From contig JBBRUX010000006.1 in assembly GCA_038247415.1 (NCBI GenBank), positions 32,001 to 96,000 of the forward strand: DNA of 64,000 nucleotides, given 5' to 3'. Positions 41,043-50,865 of this stretch are shown piece after piece. Both the position numbers and the translations under genes were made by a program. The notes beneath the pieces were generated by a model that was given only the letters and a program-made list of their open reading frames with translations, searched no databases and was not told the origin of the DNA. Source of the stretch: Chitinivibrionales bacterium. Lineage in GTDB: Bacteria > Fibrobacterota > Chitinivibrionia > Chitinivibrionales > WJKA01. Numbering within the stretch: position 1 is the stretch's first letter; each line of letters starts with the position of its first letter.

Positions 41043-42569
41043 ATGGGTAATTCTCTGCGAGCGCTTTATTTAAGCGCTTTAATAGCAGCACTTCCGATGT
41101 TGTCTTTTGCTCGTAGCGGTATAGTGGATACGTTAAGAGTTCCAAAAGTCCTCTATGTAGCAACAACAGGCAACGACGCGGTTACCTACGCAGCGAATGA
41201 TCTTACTCATCCTTGGTTAACCTTTGATAAGGCGCTTAAAAATGTCAAAACCGGGGACAGTGTATTCTTTCGAGCGGGCAATTATCCTGTAGCTGCAATA
41301 ATCGATATGCATACTATCGGTGCTGATGGTACTGCTTCAAAACGAATTACCTTCTTGCCTTATAAATCAGAGACTGTGACAATTACCGGCGGAACCGGGG
41401 TTGACCCTTTGGTAAAACTCGAAAATAATTTTGTAACCGTCTATGGAATGTCGTTTGTGGGTGATGGAAATGGTTTTTTCTTGGGGGAAGATGCTCCGGC
41501 AAATAATTTTATTCTTAGACGCTGTTCCTATAAGATGAGAGTGGGCGGAGACAATAAGGGGTTTATACATGGGTATGGCAATAACTCATTAAATGCAATT
41601 GTTGACAGGTGCGTAATTGTTGGTCCGGGATTATATAGTAAAGGAGTGCATGGTAATACCGCAGGAATTATTGTATTTCAAACAGAAGGAGTTAAACTTC
41701 TCAATAATGATATATCGAATGTGCCAATTGGAATTTATTATAAGCATGCAAATATTCAGAGCAAAGTCAATCCAGGAATCGAGATAGCTTATAATTACAT
41801 ACATGGCACAGATCGTTTTGCTATGATGCTTAATTGCAATCATGCAACAATTCATGATAACCTATTTGGTGCGTCTAATGCCCCCATTGAAACCAACGAA
41901 GCTAATGGGGTTCCCGGTGGAGATGGGAACATCTTTAGCCATAATACATTCTATGGAGGGGTTTTAGAGCTTTTGTACGACACAAGTCCGGGGGATAGCG
42001 TTCCTGGGGCAATTGGAAATATCCTGCGTAGCAATATTTTTATAAAGGAAACGGGTGCTCATCGCTACGCTTCGGTTTCTCACAAAACTACATCAGATTA
42101 TAACTATTACCCTGTGGGCAATATCTTTGCCGAAAATAGGGCCTATTACACATTAAATACTTGGCGAACAAAGGCAAAGACCGACACGCATTCTGTTTCG
42201 TCGGCGGTTAGTTTTATTGGTGGCGCAGCGCCAACATCTATTGCAGGGTTTGTTCTTGCGGGAACCTCTCCTGGCCGTAAAGCAGGGTCGGATGGACTTG
42301 ATATAGGAGCAAATATTCTTAAGGTTGGGCCTGATAGTTTAAAGGCAACAACTATCGAATATTTACGCAATGGGATAGAATCGAAAAAACAAAATGGTGG
42401 AAGTTCTGATGTGCGCTTTATGTCAATAAGAAAAAATATGTCAGTGTTCAATGCGATGCCGTTATCGAAGCCACTCTATAATATTTTAGGAAGGTCTTTT
42501 GAACGTTCTCAAGCAGAATCGTCCATGGCACCGATAGGGACTACAATGCTCCTTGTTGTCCCAGAATAA
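41043..42569 (+). CDS. Secreted right-handed beta-helix protein (pectate/polysaccharide-lyase-like fold)
   Basis: Signal peptide; YVATTGND…PWLT…GDSVFFRAGNY cap; Asn-rich parallel beta repeats; short C-terminal LYNILGR sorting-like tail. Confidence 0.75.
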   Translation: MGNSLRALYLSALIAALPMLSFARSGIVDTLRVPKVLYVATTGNDAVTYAANDLTHPWLTFDKALKNVKTGDSVFFRAGNYPVAAIIDMHTIGADGTASKRITFLPYKSETVTITGGTGVDPLVKLENNFVTVYGMSFVGDGNGFFLGEDAPANNFILRRCSYKMRVGGDNKGFIHGYGNNSLNAIVDRCVIVGPGLYSKGVHGNTAGIIVFQTEGVKLLNNDISNVPIGIYYKHANIQSKVNPGIEIAYNYIHGTDRFAMMLNCNHATIHDNLFGASNAPIETNEANGVPGGDGNIFSHNTFYGGVLELLYDTSPGDSVPGAIGNILRSNIFIKETGAHRYASVSHKTTSDYNYYPVGNIFAENRAYYTLNTWRTKAKTDTHSVSSAVSFIGGAAPTSIAGFVLAGTSPGRKAGSDGLDIGANILKVGPDSLKATTIEYLRNGIESKKQNGGSSDVRFMSIRKNMSVFNAMPLSKPLYNILGRSFERSQAESSMAPIGTTMLLVVPE

Positions 42570-42633
42570 TAGAGTACCACGCGGTAGACTGTAAGGTGAT
42601 AAAGAGCACCTCTCTTTGAATATTCTTTGTTAC

Positions 42634-42662
42634 AATGTGCTGTGGTTCTCGCAGCACATTTT
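42634..42662 (+). terminator. Hairpin / putative terminator
   Basis: AATGTGCTGTG-gttct-CGCAGCACATT followed by TT. Confidence 0.5.
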
Positions 42663-42807
42663 CCCTTGTCTGAAAAGCATATGGTTTTGAAAATGTCTGT
42701 ACTAAGGTATCCGTAGTGGTAGTAAGCGGATGCTTGAGGCATTTATTTGTTTTGTTCTATTTGAGCCAATCTGCGTAAACGACACTTTTTATAAAGACTG
42801 GTATACC

Positions 42808-43926
42808 ATGGATCAACTTCCAAAAAAGCCTTTGATGCCTGCACTTGCGGGGCTTAGGGGTGTAGGTGCATTATGGGTTGTTGCAAGCCACATGCAAATT
42901 ACATTGACAAGCACGAATCCCGGTATTCGCCATCTGATGTGGCATGGGTGGCTTGCCGTAGATTTCTTTTTCATGCTGAGTGGTTTTGTTATTTCTTATG
43001 TATATCTAGAACGGTTTGCAACTCCACAGAGTTTAAAGAATATGGGGTCTTTTTTATGGGCTCGATTTATTAGAATTTATCCTGCAACAGTGGTTGTTCT
43101 ATGTTGTCTTTGGCTGCCATGCTTTTTAACCCTTAAATATTTACATTTTGATATTGACCCTGAAATTATCACAAAGCAAGGCTTTATTTTGCAGGTGTTG
43201 CTTTTAAATGGTTTAGGTTTTATTGATGGAGGCGGGTGGAATGGACCTTCGTGGGCACTGAGTTCCGAGTTTGTTTTATATTGTGGTTTTCCTTTTATCG
43301 CTTTGTACATTGTACGCTTAAAAAGCAAAGTGGTTTTGTGGGTCCACCTCGCACTCGTGCTTGCAACTGTTATCGGGATTGCATTGGTTCTTTATCATGG
43401 AAACAAATTTATGCTAGCGCGGCAATATACGCTTATACGGGCATTTTCCGAATTCATTATGGGATGCTTGCTCTATAAAATTTTTAGCCAAAAATCAACC
43501 GCATCAAAAACATGGTTGGAAAATCCTTTTATGCGGAATTGGGCAGGCCTCGTTTCTCTTGGGGTTATTGTCATTATGTCGGTAGTGGTCGTTCATCCAT
43601 TCTGGCGATTTTTATACCTGATCTTTTTTGGGATTATTATTTTGTCTGCAGCGCAACCTGGGGTTTTATTTACAAAGCTGTTTTCTAACCCGATCATGCA
43701 AAAAATCGGTACCTTATCATTTACTCTATACCTTATCCATTATTTCATATTAAGCATTAACAGAAGTATTCTTAAAAAATTTTTAGTTCGTGATGGGGTA
43801 GCAGTTGATATTGGATTCGCGCTTATTTCGCTCGTTATGATTTTTGCAGGAAGTTGGTTGCTCTATACCTATGTGGAAAAGCCTGCCAAGAAATGGCTTA
43901 CTGCTAAGCGCCCAAGCTTACAATGA
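42808..43926 (+). CDS. Acyltransferase family 3 (OafA-like) membrane O-acyltransferase
   Basis: LAGLRGVGALWVVASH, AVDFFFMLSGF, RFIRIYP, SWALSSE, YVEKP; about 10 TMs. Confidence 0.92.
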   Translation: MDQLPKKPLMPALAGLRGVGALWVVASHMQITLTSTNPGIRHLMWHGWLAVDFFFMLSGFVISYVYLERFATPQSLKNMGSFLWARFIRIYPATVVVLCCLWLPCFLTLKYLHFDIDPEIITKQGFILQVLLLNGLGFIDGGGWNGPSWALSSEFVLYCGFPFIALYIVRLKSKVVLWVHLALVLATVIGIALVLYHGNKFMLARQYTLIRAFSEFIMGCLLYKIFSQKSTASKTWLENPFMRNWAGLVSLGVIVIMSVVVVHPFWRFLYLIFFGIIILSAAQPGVLFTKLFSNPIMQKIGTLSFTLYLIHYFILSINRSILKKFLVRDGVAVDIGFALISLVMIFAGSWLLYTYVEKPAKKWLTAKRPSLQ

Positions 43927-43938
43927 AACACCCCTGTT

Positions 43939-44697
43939 TTATTTCTGATGTATGGGCGCATTGTCAATAGAAATATCTGTTGGAGTTCCTTCTCCAACTG
44001 ATTTTTTTGCGAGAAAGTATGCGGTAAACCCTCCTACAACTACCGCTGTCGCACAAATCCAGGCAATGGAAGATTGCATCAATTGCTTTTTCTCCGATGT
44101 ATTTGTTGTAGATTCCCGTTGGGTGTCGGCTGCCCCTCGATCTATCTTCCCTGAGGTTTTGGCACTAGGTTTTATGCTTGGTGGTATAATGGCAACATTC
44201 GGGGATGCAAGGGAAATAGATGTTTCTAAAAGATTCTTTACCATTGCAGCAAGCGCTTGGGATTGTTGCATACTTGGAATAGCACTCATTCGGCTGGTGG
44301 TAGATTTAAGAATCTTCTTGTTGACAACATCAACAAGAAGAAGCGATAGGACAATGGAATTCTGAGTTTTGTTTGCGTACCCTCCGATTGTGATTTGGGC
44401 ATAGAGATAGTTTCCGTAATCCACAAGACACGAGAGCGTTGAACAGGGCTTAAAAGAAGCGATATACTGAGCTGCTAAAATCTGGTCTGTCAATGCTTTG
44501 TCTAAAAGGATCCACCGCTGATCGGATTTGACTGTGGTTCTTATTTGTTCCGAAAGTGCAATTGTTTCTTTCTTTGAAAGTGTCTTCGAGTTTACCAGGT
44601 CAGAAACGGCGAGTACATTTTGGGCATTCACTAAATCTACAAAAAGCACTAAGAACGCAAAGATGCTTAAGCAAAATATCCGTGTTTTGGTTTTCAT
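43939..44697 (-). CDS. Exported hypothetical protein with a CsgG/TolB-N-like domain and C-terminal TM
   Basis: Signal peptide; CSTLSC…GG…LLLVDV pattern; C-terminal hydrophobic helix; start overlaps the upstream stop. Confidence 0.55.
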   Translation of the reverse strand: MKTKTRIFCLSIFAFLVLFVDLVNAQNVLAVSDLVNSKTLSKKETIALSEQIRTTVKSDQRWILLDKALTDQILAAQYIASFKPCSTLSCLVDYGNYLYAQITIGGYANKTQNSIVLSLLLVDVVNKKILKSTTSRMSAIPSMQQSQALAAMVKNLLETSISLASPNVAIIPPSIKPSAKTSGKIDRGAADTQRESTTNTSEKKQLMQSSIAWICATAVVVGGFTAYFLAKKSVGEGTPTDISIDNAPIHQK

Positions 44698-46606
44698 AGG
44701 CAAACCAGTTGTTTGGTAAAAATAAGAACTTTCTTCGTTGTTTCTTCGATACGATACGAAAGAAAATAGGTGCCAGCGGACACTTGAGTTCCATGAAGGT
44801 TATGTAGCATAATCGTATGCTTATACATGCCCGGGGCAGGTGCATCTTGTACAAACCGATAGACCATTTGCCCTTTGGTGTTAAGCAACATAAGGGTTAC
44901 TTTGTGTACGGGGATGAATGGGACGTTATAATGGACGGTAATATGATTAACAAAGGGATTTGGGTAAACATGACTAAGACCGGGTGGTTGCCTCAATATC
45001 GATGAAAAGGATGTAAGGTAGGATGTGGATCCTGCAGCTAGAAATACAAATTGTTCTTCTTGTGGGGCAATACATTGGTAAGCCGATTTGATGAGGGTCA
45101 TGAGACCTGATTCCTTCTGAGTAAATAATGCCGTGGAGTAACCTTGTGGAAAGTTATACCGATCTGGTGTTGAAAGATTAATTTGTTGGGTGGTTGATCC
45201 ATTATTGACAATCTTTATGCACGCAAACAGACCATCCTTTAATCTTTTTTCTGTAAAAAGATTCCCACATGCATGCTTGGATTGTAAATCAAAAAATGTA
45301 ACAGAAAGTGGCCCAAGAGAGGGTGGTGGGGGGTATTCTCGTTTTTGCAGTGCTTCATCCCCTCCACCTAGGTACAGTGTGGATAATGGTTTGTTATCGC
45401 TCACAGAACAGAGAACCTTAACATTCCACCCTGATTTTTGATTGTCTGCTGAGAGCCTTTTTTGCAGCCCACCTTGGGTAGTGCACGTTGGCGGGATATA
45501 AAGTGTTACAGGAGAGTGCCCCTCGTAGAAAAACGCATAAGGATTAGAACTCCCTGCCAGCATAGTTGTATCGAGACTATTTTTCCCTGGCATGTTGGGG
45601 AGAAATAGTGGTTCTGTTATGTAACTTTGCCCAATTTTATTCCACTTGTAAACATTCAGTGAATCGAAGATAGTTTGTTGAATTTGTTTACCGCTTGCCA
45701 ACGCGATGCTTTTTAATGATATGGGGAAATTAAATGGCAGTGAGAAATCTGTCCAATCGGAGGCTGCAATTTTTTGCGCAAAAGTGTCGGTGAGAGATGG
45801 TGTAATGGCGGGCCCAAAATGCGCACTTCTGGCGTGGGCCGATTTAAGCCATAAAACCTGGCCGGGAACGAGATTAAATTGTGAATCTGCACTCGTGCTA
45901 TATTCGGCATACTCTACTTGCGGGCTTGTTTGGGTGGGGTATGAATTCCACTTTAGCAATCGCCCTTCTTTTTTATCGTACGAGCCATTGCTAAAGACAG
46001 AAGAAAGGGCAAAGAGAGCTCTTGTAGAATCTGGTTTAGCTGTAACACTTATCGGAGTCCAGGTTAATTCGGGAATAGCAATATCATCACAATTAGTAGC
46101 AGTACGTTTGACGGGTCGGGAAAACTTTAGCGTATCTGAATCGGTGCTGTTGGTTAGTATAAGAAATGCCCCAAAGCCAGAGCATTCGCTCATTAATACC
46201 GCAGGCACGTGGATCTGGATCGCATTCTGATTGTTGGGTAGTGAGATAAATTGTGCCCCAGCACCAGAGATTTCTTCAGGTTTTTGCGAACCGGTTCCAG
46301 CAAACAAACGTAAAGCAATTTCTGCGGAATTTTTGTTGACTATAAGGGTATCAAGCCAATCAGTTGAAGCATTTATTGCTTTGGATTCCTGATTGGTTGC
46401 TGGAATCTCGAAAGAGAATATTGACACAGTAAAAGGATCTGAAAGGCCATTAGGTCCTCGTGCAAAAACAACGATGCTATCAGTAGATAGTGATAAGAGC
46501 TTTCCCGTTATAATTCCTGTATTCGTGTCAAGGACTAGGCCAGCAGGTGAATCTGGTGCTGAGTATGAAATCGGGTTGCCGATTGCCTCAATCTGATAAA
46601 AAAAAA
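44694..46606 (-). CDS. C-terminal portion of a frameshifted secreted protein (second He_PIG/Ig repeat to T9SS/FlgD-type C-terminal domain)
   Basis: The frame is open upstream of the listed GTG 46427, back through the T9 tract (YQIEAIGNPISY…PAGLVLDTNTGIITG). It ends with HVYPNPF…LLNTKGQMV…SAGTYF. Confidence 0.75.
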
Positions 46607-48295
46607 GTTGCCAAGGGGTGCAATAACCATGGGTTTTCCAATAATGACGGGTACTGTAGATTGGGTGATTTTTATAGTTAGGGCAAAAGGAGCCGATGCA
46701 CCGTTTCTGTTGTAGGCACTTGTAGTTATTACAAAGATGCCAGTATCTGTGGGGGTTCCAGTAATTTTTCCTAGGATTGTGTCAAGAATGAGTCCTTTAG
46801 GAAGCGCTGAAGAAGAAAAACGAGTGGGCTTACATGAAGCGATAATGGCATAAGAGAATGCAAGATCCTTGATTCCAAAGGCTTTTGACTGGCTTGTAAT
46901 GAGTGGTTTCGCTTTTGATATGCGATATACATCTGCACCCATATCACGACCGTCGCTTGCTCCTTTTAAAGCACCTCCGCCAATAATTTCGAAATCTTCT
47001 ATGGAAGTGAATCTTTTAGAATAATTTGCAAAGCGTGGACTTTCCTGAATGGAGTTTTTATCTTGTGTGGGTGCATGTGCTTTCCATTGAGAGAGCGAAT
47101 AGGTTTGATCAAATTCGCGGAAAATGGTTGTTCCATCGGTATTAAAATATGAATTATAATTTGAAATAGTCTTATGGACAAGGCCTTGGGTCGCTCCGCC
47201 TAGATTAATATGAGGCCAGATTGCCGCTTCTCCAAGTTCATTATTAACGCCTGCGGTTATATTATTGATGAGAGTGTCGGCCATTGCCCCTTGTTCACCA
47301 GACATGCCCAGTTGGCCACCCCAATTAATAACAATGCTATTTGTAAAGTTGTAGATTGTGTTGTGTTCGATCCTGCAATTGCTTCCGCCAGTTCCACCAG
47401 CGTCTTCCCAAATGTTAATGCCATAAACGCTTTCCTGATTTGAAGGTGGAATATTGACAATAAGATTATTATAGGCATAAATGCGGTCTGTTGAAAGCAT
47501 TAAAGCAGAAGTTTTACAGCCATGAATATAATTGTCGTGAATTTGACATTGGTACTGGGCCGTACCGCGGTGCTTGTAAAAAATGCCACTCGAGAACAAG
47601 CTGATATCATTGTTGTAAATTTCGTAGTTGCCATCGCCGTAGAAAATCAGGATCCCGCAATAATTAAGATTGTCGGTACCGCGGCCTATCATGGTGCAGC
47701 CCCGAATAATAATTTTTCCTCGGGCCGATTCGTTTATCATTACGCATGCAGAATTATCTGGAGAGATGCGCTGTTTGAGGTATTCGAAACGGCAATTGCT
47801 GATAGTAATGTTTTTGGTAGGATAATCGCTCCCAAGCCAGATGCTAGTTCTATATGCATTGATAAAGCGGATGCTATCTATGACTATGTTTGAATCCGGT
47901 CCACCAAGACCTAGGTTAAAAATCCCTCCTAAATTACCTATTCCCATAGCGGTATCGCCATTAATGGTAGCCATTTCTCCCGGATATGAGCGAATGACAA
48001 TAGGGGCAGCAGTTGTTCCACTATTCCCAATACGAATATCGTTCTCATGATATTCCCCTCCTCGTAAATAGAGAGTGTCACCAGCTTTAATCGGGGATGG
48101 ATTTGTAGAAGAAACTTTACAACCCGCAGTTCCACCACACGTTGCAAAAGCTATAGATTGCCAGGGCTTTGCTAAGGTTCCAGGATTGGAATTTGCTCCG
48201 CTTGGCGATACATATTGAGCTTTGCCACAAATTATTGAGGCTGACACTAAAAGAATGAGAATACCAAACTTTAGGTGAGTTGTTGCCTTTGCCAT
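46535..48295 (-). CDS. N-terminal portion of a frameshifted secreted beta-helix protein with a He_PIG Ig-like repeat
   Basis: Signal peptide, YVSPSG…GTLAKPWQSI…GDTLYLRGGEY cap, beta-helix repeats, LPKGLILDTILGKITGTP Ig repeat; the translation degenerates after the T9 tract. Confidence 0.8.
   Translation of the reverse strand: MAKATTHLKFGILILLVSASIICGKAQYVSPSGANSNPGTLAKPWQSIAFATCGGTAGCKVSSTNPSPIKAGDTLYLRGGEYHENDIRIGNSGTTAAPIVIRSYPGEMATINGDTAMGIGNLGGIFNLGLGGPDSNIVIDSIRFINAYRTSIWLGSDYPTKNITISNCRFEYLKQRISPDNSACVMINESARGKIIIRGCTMIGRGTDNLNYCGILIFYGDGNYEIYNNDISLFSSGIFYKHRGTAQYQCQIHDNYIHGCKTSALMLSTDRIYAYNNLIVNIPPSNQESVYGINIWEDAGGTGGSNCRIEHNTIYNFTNSIVINWGGQLGMSGEQGAMADTLINNITAGVNNELGEAAIWPHINLGGATQGLVHKTISNYNSYFNTDGTTIFREFDQTYSLSQWKAHAPTQDKNSIQESPRFANYSKRFTSIEDFEIIGGGALKGASDGRDMGADVYRISKAKPLITSQSKAFGIKDLAFSYAIIASCKPTRFSSSALPKGLILDTILGKITGTPTDTGIFVITTSAYNRNGASAPFALTIKITQSTVPVIIGKPMVIAPLGNFFFIRLRQSATRFHTQHQIHLLA
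46598..46606 (-). repeat. Homopolymer T9 tract (coding strand) at the frameshift junction
   Basis: A9 on the + strand (atctgat-AAAAAAAAA-gttg). Confidence 0.85.
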
Positions 48296-49741
48296 TTATT
48301 TCCCCATAAGCTTTTTAAGGTCACGAAACGATTGTTTTTCAAACAGAAAAATGTAGGCTCCAAATATGATGCTGCCTGTTATAAGCATTTGAAAAAAATC
48401 TGAATGATACGAATGCTGTGTAGGATGAATTGCTCCAATAAGAAACCGTACTACATAAATAGCAGCAATAATAGCCACTGAAACAAAAAGTGAACTTGAA
48501 ATTTTACTAAAATATTCACGAATAGGGATAACATTCCGATGGAGTGTGAATATAATCCAACTCAAGCATATCAAACTGTATAAGTACATCCAGGGGATTG
48601 TGAGAGCTGCAAAACTGTGCCGAGCGGCAAAGAAAATTGCCAGAGGCATGAGAATTGTTTTCACAATGCTGAGGCGAAAAAGTAGGTATGTCCTGCCTTT
48701 GGCAGTATGAAGTAAATTTGCCATTTCGCAGAGAGAGTCAAAAAGCTTGGCAATACTAAAAGCTTTAAAAAATGGAATTGCCGGCGCCCAGGTTGGTCCC
48801 CCAATAGTCAATACTATTTCGGCCCCAAAAAAGAAGCAGCTAATAAAAAGAGGTATCATAATAAGAGAATAATATCGAGTCACTTGCAGGAAAAGTGTGT
48901 GACACCGTTCTTCGTTATCTTGATAGCGTGAGAAGAGCGGAAAAAGGATCTGCTGAAATATAGGCCATATTTTATCGAGAGGAAAACTTGCAAAGGTTAC
49001 TGCATATCCATAAAATCCAACAAATGTCGCATTGAAAAATCGTCCAACAATAACTTTATCGAGAGTTTCGAATATTTTAAGTAATGAGGATGAACCTGCA
49101 AGATTAATACCAAAACGCAGGAATGGTTTTGCTTCCTGAAATGAATAATGCAATGAGGGCCGCCATTTTGAAGCAATGAACATTCCGAGCACTTTGGTGA
49201 TGCGAAGGGTTATTACACCAATGATAAGCGTATAAACACCAAATCCATTGAGTGCTAGAGGAATAATAACCGCATTTGAAACGAGCATACTGATTATATT
49301 GATGATACCAATTTTTTTAAAGCCAAAATCTCTCTTAAGTAAATTAAAGGGCACCGTCATTGTCGAGCCAATGATAAAAAGGGGTGCAATTAAAAATGTC
49401 ACGGGGATTGTGCGTGGTTCTTTCATGATATACGAAGTAGGGTACGCAAGTGCAAAGCAGGAGATGCTTAAGAGGAGGCCTGTCCCTAATGAAAACCAGA
49501 AAATGCTAGAGAGGTTTTTTTGTGTGATCTCTTTTTTTTGAACAATTGCCGATCCTAAGCCAAATTCGCTGAATATTTCCATATACGCTGTTAATATTGC
49601 AGCCATGGTCATAAGCCCATAGTCTTCGGGTTTAAGCAACCGTAGCACCACCATAGTAAACACCCACGAGAGTGTTTGAGAAACAATGGTGAGGGATGCA
49701 AACCAAGCTCCACTTTTTGCAGCTTGTTTTTCTAATGACAG
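48296..49741 (-). CDS. Polysaccharide flippase (Wzx/WzxC-like, PST family)
   Basis: RLLKPEDYGL, FSEFGLGSAIVQ, DKVIVGRFF…VGFY; many TMs. Probable CTG start at 49741. Confidence 0.9.
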   Translation of the reverse strand: MSLEKQAAKSGAWFASLTIVSQTLSWVFTMVVLRLLKPEDYGLMTMAAILTAYMEIFSEFGLGSAIVQKKEITQKNLSSIFWFSLGTGLLLSISCFALAYPTSYIMKEPRTIPVTFLIAPLFIIGSTMTVPFNLLKRDFGFKKIGIINIISMLVSNAVIIPLALNGFGVYTLIIGVITLRITKVLGMFIASKWRPSLHYSFQEAKPFLRFGINLAGSSSLLKIFETLDKVIVGRFFNATFVGFYGYAVTFASFPLDKIWPIFQQILFPLFSRYQDNEERCHTLFLQVTRYYSLIMIPLFISCFFFGAEIVLTIGGPTWAPAIPFFKAFSIAKLFDSLCEMANLLHTAKGRTYLLFRLSIVKTILMPLAIFFAARHSFAALTIPWMYLYSLICLSWIIFTLHRNVIPIREYFSKISSSLFVSVAIIAAIYVVRFLIGAIHPTQHSYHSDFFQMLITGSIIFGAYIFLFEKQSFRDLKKLMGK

Positions 49742-50865
49742 ATGAGATCCTTTTTTTGAGAATAGAGTGCTGCAAGGCTTTGAGTACTTTGCTCGATAGT
49801 AAACGAACTGCTTTGTATCGTTGTGGAGGGAGTCTTGGGATCTCTTTGTTTTTTTGATGCGCGTTGCAGCGCACGTACCCAAGATTCGATGGGTGCTAAA
49901 GGATTTACCCGTTCGATAAGATTGGTGCATACATCTGCTTCTGCAGGGATAGTGGTTGATACAACACACGGCAGCCCTGCAGCTTGCGCTTCTATAAAAG
50001 CAAGCCCCAGTCCCTCAAAAAGCGAAGGAAATAGAAAAATGTCCATTACATTAAGCATGAGATCGGGGATGTCTGTCCTGTTATCAAAAAAAATAAAGTT
50101 ATTTTGCAGGCCTGATTTGTTAACAAATGATTTAAAGGAGAGAAGCAGATCTCCAGAGCCAATTAGTAAAAAGGTAAAGTGAGGGTTTGCAGGAATAAGG
50201 CTTTTGGCTATTTCTGCAATGAGAGCATGGTTTTTTTGTGGTGTAAAGCGTCCAACATGGCCTATAATTTTTTGAATTGGTGCAATGCCAAAAGATTTTC
50301 TCATTTCACCTGAATCTTTAGGTTGTGCAAAGGTTGATAAATCGATTCCGCAATGTAAAACTTGCCATTTCTTGTTGGAACGCCATGATGTGCCAAAGAG
50401 GTCGTAGGCTGCATCCTGGGAGCAAGAAATCCCACAGGTTGCGAATTGATGTATTAAAAGTTGCGTGAAACCTTCGTATAGTTTACGTTTGCTATTCTGT
50501 GTACGCTGCAGTCTTCCGTCGATGTGACTATGAGCAATGCGAATTGGAACCTTTTTTAATGCCGCAAGAGCAAGAATAAAACCACTAAAGTGATGTAGGT
50601 GTGAATGCACTACATTGTATGGACCATGCTCTTTAAGCAGTTTGGCAAAATTCCAAGAGAAGGCAAAGAGGTTTGGAAGTCCTTTGCAGTAGATGATTTT
50701 ACCACCTAATGCTTTTATTTCGTTATCGTAAACACCAGGAAAATCGGTTTCAACCAAAAAGTCGAGAGAAAAGCGTGATCGATCGATCGTGCGCATAACG
50801 TTCATAAGCCATGCTTCTGCACCACCATGGCCCATCCATTTCATGACATGCAGTACCTTAATCAC
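49732..50865 (-). CDS. GT4 glycosyltransferase (EpsF-like)
   Basis: KVLHV…GGAE, HVGRFTPQKNH, PSLFEGLGLAFIEAQ (EX7E). Confidence 0.92.
   Translation of the reverse strand: MIKVLHVMKWMGHGGAEAWLMNVMRTIDRSRFSLDFLVETDFPGVYDNEIKALGGKIIYCKGLPNLFAFSWNFAKLLKEHGPYNVVHSHLHHFSGFILALAALKKVPIRIAHSHIDGRLQRTQNSKRKLYEGFTQLLIHQFATCGISCSQDAAYDLFGTSWRSNKKWQVLHCGIDLSTFAQPKDSGEMRKSFGIAPIQKIIGHVGRFTPQKNHALIAEIAKSLIPANPHFTFLLIGSGDLLLSFKSFVNKSGLQNNFIFFDNRTDIPDLMLNVMDIFLFPSLFEGLGLAFIEAQAAGLPCVVSTTIPAEADVCTNLIERVNPLAPIESWVRALQRASKKQRDPKTPSTTIQSSSFTIEQSTQSLAALYSQKKDLICH

Noticed and set aside
40976..42590. GCGGTAG (ops-like) heptamers upstream of 41043 and 42808
   Set aside because: Only a partial match to the RfaH ops consensus, too short to be significant, and no NusG paralog is in the window.
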